From: the human T2T-CHM13v2.0 reference genome, Homo sapiens
NCBI RefSeq assembly: GCF_009914755.1
Contig: NC_060926.1
Strand: one strand, 5' to 3'
Length of the DNA stretch: 64,000 bases
Positions 1 to 15,753 of this stretch are shown here, piece by piece. The notes below the pieces were generated by a model, which saw only the letters and a list, made by a program, of their open reading frames with translations, was not told the DNA's origin and ran no database searches. The position numbers were made by a program, and so were the translations under genes. Within the stretch, counting starts at the first letter, position 1; the number at the start of each line of letters is the position of its first letter.

Positions 1-477
1 TTTATGATCCTTTATATCACATCCTTACCTGCTTTTCCTCTAAGTCATCTCATTTTTCCTAATTTTGCCCAACTAGCTTAATAAGTTTTAACTTAGGAAA
101 TTATAGTGAACTCTAAAATTTAAAAATAATTCAGATTTGTTGCTGGAAAATGAATGCTACTTACCTTTATTAGTTTCAGAGTGAGATGCACAGGATCTTG
201 AGCCTACATAAATACATCATTTCCAATTTCAAAGCTCATGCTCTGTGCCTGACTCCAAATTGACTGTGAAACTGTGGCTTTATGTTTTTACTATTAAGGT
301 GGATGTTGATGACATGTCTGATGAACAGTTTTTAGCAAAGTACATCAAAGAATTATGTAATTGCATGCTTACTAAAACTCCAAAACAGGGCATCGACTTT
401 CATATGCAGGTGACTGACAGCCAAATTCACAACAAGAAACTATCGAAATAATGACACTACTGAAGCATCTCTCTTAC

Positions 478-556
478 CATTCTGAATGAGGGTCTGTGAC
501 CGTGTGAACCTTCCATGGACAGCTGTCATGTGCAGTGGACTTTTGCCATCTTTACT
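478..556 (-). CDS. ANKRD44: ANKRD44 coding exon 9 (79 nt): [27 protein letters not shown]
   Basis: Long pyrimidine tract then ttag|AGT, donor AATG|gtaaga; phase 0 to 1; absent from the ORF track. Confidence 0.96.
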
Positions 557-694
557 CTAAAAAAAAGAGAGGGAGAGAAAAACAATGGAGGTGCTCATGA
601 GCCAGTGACACCCATCTGAAATACCCCTATGGACACTCCTAATAATGCCCTGAAAACATTCATTTATTTATTTATTTTTTAAGTATGATCAACA

Positions 695-776
695 TGAGGC
701 TGCAGTGAGCTAGGATTTTACCACTGTACTCCAGCCTGGGTGACAGAATGACATTCTTCTAAATAAAATAAAATAA
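695..776 (+). mobile_element. Severely 5'-truncated Alu (J-like 3' end)
   Basis: GAGGCTGCAGTGAGC...CCAGCCTGGGTGACAGA plus A-rich tail; 14-bp TSD AAGTATGATCAACA at 681-694 and 777-790. Confidence 0.85.
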
Positions 777-1072
777 AAGTATGATCAACAATTACAAGAG
801 GCAAAGATAATTTTGAAAGGAAAAGATAAAATGTACCTGACCTCTCAAGTTATTGCATAACATCACATGTTTTAAAAGCTTAGAGAAACAGTTATCTGAA
901 ACCTTTATTCCTCTCCTGTGATCTACTGGAGAAGGAAGTTTCCTTCAAGGTGTTTTTTTCAACCTTTGTCTATAGTACACAAAAAAGACAAATGTGTTAC
1001 CTTGCATGGTATTCTTTAAGCTGAAGCTGACCAAATGGCTCTGAATCACTGCAACTCTTAAAACTGACCTGA

Positions 1073-1542
<470 letters not shown>

Positions 1543-2139
1543 TTACTTTACTTAACTCATTAGAAGTCACAGGACTAAGGCATGCAACTGTTTAGGAAAC
1601 TGCCTTTTGAATGACCAGCTGGGAATGTGTGCTGAATTCATATATTTGTTACTATTCATGATCAAAATTATGAAATTTCCTGACACAGATTAAGCCAAAA
1701 CACAGAAAATGTACAACAGCTATATACCAATCATCATTATACTAAATACCAAGATACCATATGTAACTAAGAAATAGTAATTTACAGAATTTCTTCTGAA
1801 AATAGGCCCAAAAGAAAATATTACTGTTATTTTAGAATAAAAGTATCCCCAATAGAGAGAATGTATTTTCATCCAAGTATTGTTATCAAAAAAATCTATG
1901 TAACACTTATTTTTATAAGTCTCAGAGGAAAAATTTCTCTAAGTCTGAGATTAAAATACGAGGTTTTAAAAATGCATGTTCATTTTGTGATGAAATCCAA
2001 ATGCCTGTATTTTAAAATGACTGTTTTAAAAACTCCATCTTGGAAAACAAATAATAATTTAGGTAAGTATTTCTTAGAGTGGACCAAGGACTGCCCACGT
2101 CTGAATCACCCAGGATTCTTGTTAGAAATATGAATTCTG

Positions 2140-2490
<351 letters not shown>

Positions 2491-5400
2491 TTAACCCTGA
2501 ACTACAGAATTGGGGTAAGAGGGTCCCATTTTTAACCCCTGCTTTGGACTGTGGGCTAAAATAGGTTATAAAACCAAGGTTTTAACACAAGCATTTTATT
2601 ATATTCTATAAGTCTATTCCTTAGAAATAAAAAAGGAATTACACATAGTCTGTGCCAAGAAAAAAAAGTTAATTAGAACGGTAAGTTCATCTTAATTGAA
2701 AAAAAAAACATGTATCATTATAATTCAATATTCTCAGGTAGATGTGGGAAGAAAAGAAATAATAGGATCTTTTCTCCATCTTCTATGAGTATAATCTGAA
2801 TCAGAACAGACTGAGAAAGGAGAGCTGAAGCTTGATAATACTTTTAGAGGAAAAACTGGAGCAATCAAGAGAATGAGATACAAAACCATCGCTGACCATG
2901 AGACATACTGGGAAGGAGAGCTCCTAAAAGTTATCTGATTCCAGAGCTAGGCCTTAGTTGTCGGGACTGCACACAGTTCCAAGGACTGAAACACCTGGGA
3001 ACTACTTTGGAATAAGGATTTAAAACACCCCCTTCCAATTAAAAAGTGATGACACTTCAAAATAACTAAGGCGAGAGAAGGCAGAAATTGTGGAGTTGGC
3101 ATTAACTTGTCCCTAGGTGGTGCTATTTCTTTAAATTTTGCTCCAGTGTTTTCTCTTAATATGAAACCATAAGTAATTATTAATTAAATATATCTAAAGC
3201 TATAAATACTTCAGCATTTAGAAAATATCTTCACAATATTCAGCTAAGCAATTTTCCATGTCTATAAAAGAGCTTAAAGGCCTTACCAAGGAGTAACCAC
3301 CAACTTGGTGGTAGCTATCTAAGTTGCAGGCAGAGAGACAAAGCAGAAGTGATCTCTGAAGTGTGTGGTGGGCAAAGCCAGGCCCATTTCAGGGATAGCA
3401 AACACCACAACCTTCTTTTCTCTGAGAGTGCTTGTGCACTTGTAAAGGGACAAGTAAATGGAGATGACCAAAGTTAGGTAAAATGCAAAGAACAGCCATA
3501 TGATCAGTGGTGACAATTGCTTTGCATCCATCTTTGCAGATCTTTGCCTGGGTTCATCTATAGCCTGAGTCCAGGCTATAGCTGATATTTTTTTCTTCAC
3601 ATAGGGAAACATGTAGATAAGGTGGGGAAATTGGGACAGAAAGCATTAAGAGTATCATGGCAGCCATTTTGGGACAACTTTGTTCACATGGTATGGGTGT
3701 AAAGGGAGCTCATTATTTCAAAAAGCTATAGAAAACCAATGAAACTCAAAAGGATAATACTTTTTATATAATTCTTAAAAGTTAGAACTCAGAACATTAA
3801 AGTTGAGACTAGGGAACCCTACTGAGTTTCATGATCTGAGAAATTGAAATTTATCATGCAGGGGTACTGGCTGTTGCTACTATTCCTAGAATTGCACAAA
3901 AAGATAAAACATTCCTTGCGTTCTCAAAAGAGAGAATATGTGCAATTCTTCCATCTATTCAAAGCTTTTATGAAAATTTTTTTCTTAATTTCTAGTCTCC
4001 CTCCAATTTTCTAGCTACATTTTCCCATAGAATTTAGGGCTTTGAAATTATTGTTATTTTGATAATCCATTTAATTAAGCAAGAAGCACTTCTATTGAGT
4101 TAGGCATAATCAAGCCCTAAGTCATAAAGGAAAAATACTGAGGATTAAAATATTTACAACAAATATTAGTACTCTTTCAGGGCAGAACTCAGCATTGCCT
4201 AAGGAAGATTAATCTTTGAACTAAAAGCAGTGTTTATATTTTCTTGACCACCAGTCTCCTCAGAAATCCATTCACTTTTTCTTTTATTCCTAATGCCTTC
4301 TTTCCTCATCTTCCAATATCCCATATACGTTCCCTAAATTTACAGACATTGTTGTTCCCCAGGGTCTTGAAAGCATAATGTTCTCTGTGGCATGGTACAC
4401 CCCTGGGGTCACAGAGCTCAGTGGCCCTACTACAGAGCAATAAAAGCTCTATGGGATAACATTAAGTCCAACCTGCGGTTAGGGGTGGGGTCAAATAAGG
4501 TGAGAAACCCAATAAGTCTTCCTAATTCAATGCAAGAGCCTCCTAAAATACTGGTGTGAAAAAGCCACACATTGTCCAATTTATTTTGTTTTGTTTTGTA
4601 TGGTTCTAAGGGCAAGAGAGATGGAACGTGGTTGGCTCACTCATTCCTCTCCTTTCCCTTACTTCTCCAACATTCTAAGTACCGTCCCTATCACTGCCTA
4701 CTCTTGCCCATTCCAGTTTCCACCTTCAACTTCTCCAACACAACCTATTCCATAATTTGGTCCTGGTACATATAGAGAAGGGAACTGGTCCACTTCAAGC
4801 AGACATGTTTCAACTCCCATCTCTTAGAGCTAAATGATCTAAGAGCCTGCAGACAGAAAAGAATTGAGACCATGCACAGGCTAAATGTCAGTGAACAGGA
4901 GGTAGACAACCTGGCAATGGCAATTTCTGAGTCTGTCTTTCTAAGTTGTATCCAGCACAGCTCTATGTCTAGTGCCTTCTTTAACGCTTACTTTGAATGC
5001 TTGCTAAAAGAGCCTTGAGATGCTACAGAAATTACAATGTAGTCTCTAATGGAAAAGAAAAAATATTTTATACTTTCTCATGTTCTACCTATTTACAAAT
5101 TATAAGTAAACCATCAATTGATTATTGTATCAGTAAAGTATATCTTTATTTTATCACAATTAAACTCATATCATGAAGTCAAAAAACAGGACCAGAGTCA
5201 ATCAATGTAAGCAAAATGAGGAACTGTGAAATGCAGGCTGAACACACATCCCTCCTCCTCTTCCCATCCATCTTTTAGTTGCTCATGAAGACATCACTTT
5301 TACTATTTTGTGAGAATAGAGGAAAACAAAGTGAACATGTGGATAGGTAATGGCTGCATTTCAATATGCTACTTCCCTCAACTTTTGGAAAATCTAAACA

Positions 5401-6659
5401 AATACAAATTGTCTTGCAATCTACAAACACTTTCAAAATCCAAGGAGCAATGTGGTACAGAGAGATAACAACTTTAATTAGACAGCTACCTCCAGAGTCA
5501 GACAGGATGGCTCTATGGAAATGTTAGATGATCCGTGCATCCAGAGTGAATCTGGAATAACTAAGGAGGATTCAAAGAGATTTAGGAAATCGGAGGATAC
5601 AGACAGAATAGATGAAGGGAGACTGAGAATGAAGGCTAGATTTGATTCAAAATCCTATTTACACAGAGTCAATCATAATAAACTCAAAACTCAGAGTTTT
5701 AAAATGGCATTTCTTATATTCTAGTTATGATCAGCAGTCCACAGGAAAAAAATAAATATTAAAATTAAGGAATTATGCTTTTCAGCTCCATTTGTGGAAG
5801 GGAAGAAGGGGCTGCAAAAACCAATGTATCACAGAAGCTGAAGTCCCTTATCCAATCTGAACTGACCACTGGTCAGTTAACTGGGAGCAGTAGGCCGGTG
5901 TGCCAGAGAGTAGCCTTCTAGCCTCTGGTATGGGGCACACTGAGAGCATTGGTGGCATGTTTTACAGATAAAATGAAGTGCATCAGACAACTCTGTGAAT
6001 TAATTAAGTGGAGGTTGGTAAAGAGAGCGCCTTTATTAAATTCCAATAATTTCCCTTCCTTTGAAGGATTCACAGGATGTCCTTCAGATACCAGGATGGC
6101 AAGACAGATGTCTACAGTTTTGGGAACGCTGGCAGTTTGACCACCCACGTGCTTCCTGCCCCCTCAACACCACGCTCTGCGACTTCAGCCTCACGCAAAG
6201 ATTCCTTACCAACCTCAGACGACAGTTCCTTGGTCTCTTTGATGCCCCCATTCTTTTTTGTCTGCTTTCCATCTTCATGAAAACACGACACTCCTTCCTG
6301 TCTCCTCTAACTCCTTTTATCATCCCTTTCTCTGGCTCTTTCTCCTCCTCCTGTTCCTAAGAGTAAAGGGCTGTTTCACTTTCTGTACTCGTACTATTAC
6401 ATACTCTCTCCTTGGGCGGTCTCGTCCCTTTCTCCTGGTTTCAACAATCACCTTTACATGAATGAAGCAATCTACATTTTTTCTTCTGTTCTCTACCAGT
6501 CTGCCATGCTAGAACACCACATTTGACACTATTGGGCTTCTCAGACTGGCTATACCAAAACCTAAAAATCAGCTTGTCAAAAACTAAATATATTGGTTTA
6601 ACTCCCTAAGCCTACTCTTCCTCCTGACGTCTTTCTTAATGAACATCAATAATAACATC

Positions 6660-6900
6660 TATTTTTCTAGTGCTTATCATGTGGCAGATATTATTCTACA
6701 TGATTTATGTATGATAAAGCTGTTTAATATTCACAGCAGTTCCATGGAGAAGACACTATTGTTTCCCTAATTTTACAGATAAACTGAGACACACAAAGAG
6801 CTTGTTTATGATTATATAGATACTAAAAGTCAAGGCTAGGATTGGAATTTAGGCGGTCTGGCCCCAGAACGGAACACTTAACTACTCTGCTGCACCACCT
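6660..6900 (-). mobile_element. MIR
   Basis: MIR core ATTTTACAGAT-AAACTGAGAC and GGATTGGAATTTAGGCGGTCTGGCCCCAGA. Confidence 0.75.
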
Positions 6901-6944
6901 TTCTTGCCGGATTTCTTTCTTCCTTCCTACCTTCCTTCCTTCCT

Positions 6945-7378
<434 letters not shown>

Positions 7379-7640
7379 TCTTTGCCACATTTCAATCCTT
7401 ACATTAGTCTTCAACTCCTCCAGTTCATGTCCCACCAAGTCTTGCTGATTTTCTTTCTGCAAAGCCTCTCCCTTCAGTCCCGTTCCCCTGTTCTCTTATT
7501 ACCTCTTACCAATGCCAGTTTTATTGATTTCTAGTTATCCACTAATCAGCTCTTCTCTAGGTCCACTATACCTGGGTTTTCTTTTTTTCAAAAGTGAAAA
7601 TAGCTTTTTTGGTTTTCTGGATATAAAAATAACATGCTCT

Positions 7641-7954
<314 letters not shown>

Positions 7955-8015
7955 TTAAAATTCTCATTGTATCACAATCAGAAGACTAAAGCAAATACAC
8001 AAAAAAGAAACTAAA

Positions 8016-8402
<387 letters not shown>

Positions 8403-9147
8403 CCTAAATCATAATTTTGTCTCTCTGCAGTGATAATTGTTGCTAGCATATTGGTACATACTCCAGAGAATTTTCTCTGTTTTTGCATCATCTACACACA
8501 TAACCATAACATTTTAGCATTAAAAAAGAGATCATATTTCTTTATTGCATTTCAATGTTTTCATTGATAATACTAGGTGTTATTAGCCATTTTGATATTT
8601 GCCGTTCTTTAACACAAATGTACGTTTTTGTATTAGTTTGTATTTTTCTAATTACCAGTAATACTAGTTTTTCACAGGCTTAATGTATTTTTTATTCTCT
8701 CTTGTGATCTGACTTTTGCTCCATGTTTTCTAGTAATGATCACTTTTTCTTATTGATTTGTATGAGCTCTTTTTATATCAAGCATATTAACTATTTGCTT
8801 ATCATGTATATTGAAGAAAATTTTCCCTAAGTTGTTCTTATTTTAATTTCATGTTAGAGGTTTTATTGTTGTTGTTTTGTTTTATAAATGTTTAAGACTT
8901 TTTGTAGTCATATATATGATTATTTTCCTTTTTTTTTCCTGCCTTTGGTGTTCTGTGACCGGATTACTGTTTTTAATGCTCAGGTCTGATCATATGACCC
9001 CTAGAATGATTCGTGGCCTGCAGAGCCTGGAGAGGCCCAAGCTCCTTGGGCTCAAAATCATCCAGTAGATGAGTCCTCTTCCTTGGTCAAATCACATTTC
9101 AGCTCATTTCTGGCTCCTTTCTGTCATACAATTAAAAATAAAAAAGC

Positions 9148-9266
9148 TTTTTACAGACAGGATCTCACTAGGTTGCTCAGGCTGATCTTAAACTCCTGGG
9201 CTCAAGGAATCCTACACCTCAGGCTCCCAAGGAGCTGGGATTACAGGCCGAGCCACCACACTTGGC
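9148..9266 (-). mobile_element. FLAM / free Alu monomer
   Basis: Single monomer ACAGGATCTCACTAGGTTGCTCAGGCTG...GAGCCACCACACTTGGC. Confidence 0.8.
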
Positions 9267-10078
9267 ATGTTCATAAAATTATACTCTATTTGATACAATC
9301 AATTGCTATTCTGAAAATTTGTCACATCTTTCACCACTATTAGAAATTGTGAAAAAATATAAGATTTTAATAGTGAATAGAGAAGGTTATTAAAATAGAC
9401 TGATGTGATATTCTTGAAATTACACCTTAGAAATCATTTTTCAAAACCAGAGACAGAATACACTGGGACCTTGCTTCAGGATCCCTGTGTGCTGGGAAGA
9501 AGGGAAGCCTGGGTTGAATAAAAGGTCTCCTAGCACAGCTAAGGATATTCTGCTACAATCTAAATGCATTCAAGTGATGTCGCCCAAATTATGAATGCTG
9601 CGTGATAAGCTCCCCTTGGTTAGCTGTCACATGGCAAGCTGACAAGTTACCTAGAGGTTTTCCTATCCAGAATTCCCACCCCTCTTTGCTCATGCTGTTC
9701 TATCTGGAACACTCTCTCTCAAATTATCTCTATCCCTCCTCAACTCAACTACATTAATCTTCCAAGTCTCCCCTCAAAATCGATCTCCATTTTTTATTCC
9801 CAAGCAAAAAACAAGTCAACAATTGCTTCTTAGAGTTTGCAATGCTTTATGACTCTTCTCATCATATCTTCTCTTGCTCATGATTACCTGAGTGCATGCT
9901 ACCTCCCTACTACACTGTAAGTTCCTTAAAGGCAGAGACTGAATCTCATCTTAGAGCACTCTTTCAGTACCAAACAGAGGGCACTGGGTAGTCCTTAGTA
10001 AATTTGCTGAATAAAGGAATGATTGTGATGACCAGCTCAGTGCTACATCACTGAAGCCACTATCTGGGGTTTGCTTTA

Positions 10079-10443
<365 letters not shown>

Positions 10444-10543
10444 CTACAATCATTATTAGGCCTTCCTTTGAATTCTTAGCAACACTGCCCTATCAGCTCA
10501 ACATTCACCTCAGTATTAGCTTCTGGGCAAGTCAATATCCTAG

Positions 10544-10905
<362 letters not shown>

Positions 10906-11052
10906 CAGACAACTTTTCTTATAGCCTCCAAATCCAGGACAAGGCTGTGAGGTTCCAACTCACTAAAACATGGCATAATTTGCAGCAGTTGATTTTGCTC
11001 AAACAGAAGCTCAATGCAAAGGCATTCAACACAGAGACTAAGAGCGTCATAC

Positions 11053-11265
11053 CTGAATGTTAACATCTGCCCCGTTGTTTACTAACAATTCAAGACACAA
11101 AGCACCATGAGTGGAGGCAGCAGCAAAATGCAAAGGGGTGAACCCATTATTGTTTGGCTGGTTCACGTTAGCACCGTAGTCAATCAACTCGTTAACCACA
11201 GCATCCTGTCCATTGTAGCAGGCGATGTGAAGCGCTGTATTTCCATAGACATTGATTTCATCAAT
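11053..11265 (-). CDS. ANKRD44: ANKRD44 coding exon 8 (213 nt): [13 protein letters not shown]...NNGADVNIQ
   Basis: Acceptor cttttgcag|ATT, donor CAG|gtatga; phase 0 to 0. Confidence 0.97.
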
Positions 11266-12370
11266 CTGCAAAAGAGTCCAACACAGGGTGATTAAAGTCA
11301 TTAGAGCCAGTTTACTCCATTTTCCACAAAAAGCATAACGGCTGTGGCTAGAGAAAGGAAATAGCCATCCGCCAATATAATTGTTCAGAGCTTACTCTTG
11401 CCCCAGTGTGGTCATCTTGGGAATGCTTGTCACCCCATGGTAAAGATCAGCAAAAAGTCAATGTGGCAAAAAATGAACTGGAGACAGAGAAGTTTCAGCC
11501 TGGGGAGAGGTATTTTTCAGCTAACAAAGGAATAAAAGGTGAAGGGCAAAGCTGCTTTCAAAACACCAAAAGAGAAGTAAATCAGAGGAGAATGAAAAGA
11601 GTCCCACACTCTAGGATTGGGGCACAGAAAACCTCAAGAAATGGTGGGGGATGGCAGAGGAAGTGGCTGCAGAGATGGCAGGGGAGGTGGCTGTGGAGTC
11701 TAAACATGGAAGGCGGGTCAGAATCCACTCTCTGTTTTGCTCTGGAGTCCGACACCTCACCAGGTTGCATTTTAGTAGCAGAGCAGTGGTGCCGTCAGGA
11801 GGTGTGTTTCGTCCACGGCTCCCTATTGCTTTCTGAGACCTGCCCTGGATGCCTGGTTTCATCATTATGGTTTTCCATAATGATGCAACTTGGTTTTCCT
11901 TTCTTGGGGGACAGGATGTTCCAGCCTCACCACTGCTCCTGTTCTACCAGCAGAAAGAGAAGGCAGCAGTCTGCCTTTTCCAGCTCAAGAGTAGACATTG
12001 CTGCTGTTTGTCTCTGCCATTTATTCATTCATTTCTGCTGTAAGTCATGACTTAGAAGGCTACATTTGGAAGGTGGGATGCAGAACCTTGGCCAGTCTTT
12101 AAGAACAACTGGTTAATATATATTACATAGAATCTTTATGTCTATATATTTATCTATGTTGATATAGAAAGTTATTCAGTTTCCAGTTTTCCTCTGCTTA
12201 GTGTATGCCCCCACTGCCCTTCATCAGTTGCCCACAAAAACTCAAAAAGACAGGATGCTAGAAAACAATTCCCCTGCCCTTGAATTAAAGTGCAAACAGG
12301 ATTTAACTTTAGAATAACAGAAATCTTACAAATACACTGGCCATGCATTGATGCATTCATCATAGCTCAC

Positions 12371-12513
12371 CTCCACCCCCAGGTTCAGGAGATGCTTGAC
12401 AACATTAATCTGTCCATTGGAGGCTGCAGCATGCAGAGGGGTATAACCCTTCTTATCCTTACAGGTCACTTCTGCGCCATGGTTAATGAGCAATGCTACA
12501 ACATCCAAGTGGC
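12371..12513 (-). CDS. ANKRD44: ANKRD44 coding exon 7 (143 nt): G-HLDVVALLINHGAEVTCKDKKGYTPLH...LNLGVE
   Basis: Acceptor ttgtttgtaaag|GC, donor GAG|gtgagc; phase 1 to 0. Confidence 0.96.
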
Positions 12514-13155
12514 CTTTACAAACAAAGCAGCAGAAAACATCGTTAACCTTTATAGGACAATTTGCTGATTCATTTCACCTAAATTATCAACTATTAGCTT
12601 TCATCGCCACCAGTATTTTGCTGAGTTATTTGTAAAAAGCTGGTTCATGGCAACTATTCAACAAATATTTATTGAGTACCTCCTATAGTCAGGCATAATG
12701 TAAAAGCTGTGGGGAGAAAAAAGATGATTCATATGTGAGCCTTCTCTTCAAGGAGATCTAGGTGATGCTTGTTACCACGCTAATGAATAATGGTGAGGTT
12801 TTGCCAAGATATTAGTAGAGAGCCTTTAAAAATGTTGTATTAAAATGAAAGCAATGCTTTTGAAAACAATTGCCATTCCTCACTGAAAAGTTTAACAATG
12901 ACAATTCAGTTAGGAAAAACTGATAAAAGAAAAAAAACAATTAATGAGAATGACCCCAGATTATTGTTTAATCATATAAAATTACTGCTGCTCAACTGTA
13001 TTTGGACCCACAAAAATGGCAATTACATATGCCTCAACTTAAAAGTATCCTCATGAATTAGAGGCCAAACAGAAAACCCTTCTAGTTTTAGCTCCTGTTA
13101 GCATTTTTTTCTACAATATTTTACTCTGTTCCATAATTCACTATATATAGAATAA

Positions 13156-13380
13156 GCCTGTACAACATGGTGAAACCCCATCTCTACTAAAAATACAAAA
13201 CTTAGTTGGGCATGGTGGCACATGCCTGTAGTCCCAGCTGCTCAGGAGGCTGAGGCATGAGAATCACTTGAACCTGGGAGGCAGAGGCTGCAGTGAGCCG
13301 ACATCACACCACTGCACTCCTGCCTGGGCAACAGAGCGAGACCTTGTCTCAAAAAATAAATAAATAAATAAACAAAGAAA
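13156..13380 (+). mobile_element. 5'-truncated AluS
   Basis: Starts at AGCCTG..CAACATGGTGAAACCCC; (TAAA)n tail. Confidence 0.92.
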
Positions 13381-15096
13381 CAAGCATATTTGACCTTTAT
13401 TTCGGGACTGAAGATTGTTCAATGCTTCAGGATCATTGCTCTAAATATGGCTGAAAATTGAAGGGTAGAAGACAAGTACTGACTCCAGGACTTTGTGTGT
13501 GTGTTGGGGTGGGGGGAAAGTATTGGCTTGTTTTATTAAAATTTGACTCTTTTCTCTCCAAGACTTTATATAGAAAAAATTTTTTTCGATTATTAGTGCT
13601 GCTATCTTAAGCTATTTGCCCTGGTTTTGCCTATTATTCCTATTTGTATCCTGACAGCACACAAAACAATGATTTGATTTCTTTAGAGTCATTTATCCAA
13701 ATGCTTTAACTGTATATACATCAGCAGAGAGCAATCGTGAAACTTTGCATTCTTTGAGTCCTATCCACACTAGCTTAGTGTGTGTTCGGCCTACACAGCT
13801 GTCTCCCACAGTCACTGGCTCCAGTCCTGCAGGTGCCACGCAGTCATTTCATATGCTTCAGCCAACTCAAAAATCCATGTCAACTTTTTTTTTTAAATGC
13901 TAATGCTTGTAAAAGTTTAAGACTCTGTTTTTTTAAGCCCAAGGATTCACTCAGACCCACCTTTAGCCACATAATTTATTTCATCCCTGCCCCAACCTAC
14001 TCTTTCTTCCTACAATTAATGTTAATTTTTAAAGTGATGATAAAAGGCACATATGCTTGTTAAAAAGGATTCAGAAAGGCAAAAAGGTATTAAAAGAAAA
14101 CCAAAATCATCCACAATCATAAATCCCCAAAGACAATCAATTAAAATTTTAGCATATAATATTTTCCAAGTTTGTTATTGTACAGATTTTTCAATGAAAA
14201 TGAGAATTATATTATTTATACTGTTTTATAATATGCTTTCATTTAACATATCACAGACTCTGTGTTAATAAACACTCATGGACTCATCACTGTAGTTACT
14301 GCAAAGTGTCCCCTTGTGTGGATCTTCCAGAATTTACCAAAACAATCTCCTGTGGATGGGCATTCAGGTTGTTTACAACTTGGTGCTGATAGAATCCTGT
14401 CTATTTTTCTAATGGCAGGATGTTCTCCAATTAGAAACACAAAGGGAATATCTTAGTTCTTCATTTCCCACAAGTCTACACTTAGAATAAACTCTGTGAG
14501 ATCTCTCATTTGTCAGTGGGATTTGCCAACAAAAGTGAAAAGGAAAAACATAGAAATGTGAACTCTCCCAAGCGGGTAGAAATGAGGGCTGCAGGCTTCA
14601 GTTTTGTCGTCAGTGGACTATCAGGATAATCACCAGCGCCTCTGGTGCCCTCCATCTATAAAATAGCCAGAGGTTTGTCTTTTCTTCCTTTTTGTTTCTT
14701 TCAAAAATATTTATAAATTTAAAAAGACGAATGGAATTTGTGTCCTTGCTTTCCGAGCCAGTGCTCTTTCTTTTTAAAACACCTTATTTTACTGCCATGA
14801 CAAGTTAAAATAAGCACAATCTGTGCAGCTTTCCAATCCAGACTGAAGCACATTCAAAGAGGCCCAAGCCATGATTCATTCCTCCTCTTCTTTGTAGGAT
14901 AAATAAATATCTGACAAAGCAACTGCCCGACTGGAGCGCACTATGCATGCCAGTAAAACCAACCAAATCTTCATTCAATTGCAACCCAAGCTTGAAAAGA
15001 AGTCAGACTGGAGAAAACCTACATGGTCAATGAGAGACCCATGGCTTATTTAGTTAAGGTTATCTGTACTTTGCTTTCCATGCATGGAATCCTTAC

Positions 15097-15184
15097 CCAT
15101 GTATGCTGCCCAGTGCAGAGCACGCCGGTCCTTCTTGTCAAATGCATTGATATTTGCCCCTTTGGCCAAGAGTAAATTGACCAT
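15097..15184 (-). CDS. ANKRD44: ANKRD44 coding exon 6 (88 nt): MVNLLLAKGANINAFDKKDRRALHWAAYM-G
   Basis: Acceptor ctttcag|ATG, donor ATGG|gtaagg; phase 0 to 1. Confidence 0.97.
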
Positions 15185-15552
15185 CTGAAAGATAACCAAC
15201 AATGAAATCAAGCATACATTCTGTAATGGTGAGGCCTCCTCACTGCCTGCAGATGATCTGAGCCAAATTAACATGAAATCTAAAGGCAGGTCAGAGATCT
15301 GGAGTTCTGACAAAGTAGAAATATGATGTCAGAGCAGGACATGTGTCATGTGTGTCAGAGGAAAAGACTGAAGTGACAGCCTACTTTTTCAATTCATTGT
15401 GGCTCTAAAGTTGAGAATGATATAGATGCTGAAGGTTTGGTGTACAAATATTTTCATCACATTCTTTAAAATCTCAGCAAGAAGATCAGTTTCCACTTGT
15501 AGCTGAAAGTCCTGGAGGGAGCGTTCCAATTCTGAATGATAAAAATACCCAC

Positions 15553-15753
15553 CTCCACGTGGCCGTTCAGAGCCGCATGGTGCAAGGCTGTGCGCCCCCC
15601 TCGGTCGGAGACATTGACACTGCTCAGCAGGGGAATGATCACTTCTGCACATTTGACAGCCTTGTTGGCTGCTGCCACATGAAGAGGGGTCTGCCAGTTC
15701 TTGTCCCTTGCATTGACATCAGCTGAGTGCTTAATCAAAACCTGTACTGCTTC
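15553..15753 (-). CDS. ANKRD44: ANKRD44 coding exon 5 (201 nt): [25 protein letters not shown]...ALNGHVE
   Basis: Acceptor ttgttgtag|GAA, donor GAG|gtgggt; phase 0 to 0; overlaps ORF 15466..15738. Confidence 0.97.

Noticed and set aside
5918-6461. ORF cluster and a minus-strand acceptor-like ctcttag|GAACAGGAGG suggesting a pseudogene or hidden exon
   Set aside because: Better explained as decayed L2 ORF2 on the plus strand; no ankyrin or other protein similarity.
11406-12050. Longest ORF in the track (214 aa, plus strand)
   Set aside because: GTG start, no recognisable domain, antisense within intron 7, no supporting promoter or splice structure; consistent with chance.
14631-14647. CACCAGCGCCTCTGGTG as a CTCF site
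   Set aside because: The reverse strand is one G short of the core spacing; only a 6-bp hairpin remains.
15050-15738. ORF-track extensions of ankyrin exons into flanking sequence
   Set aside because: Ankyrin similarity stops exactly at AG/GT splice sites; the extensions are intronic.
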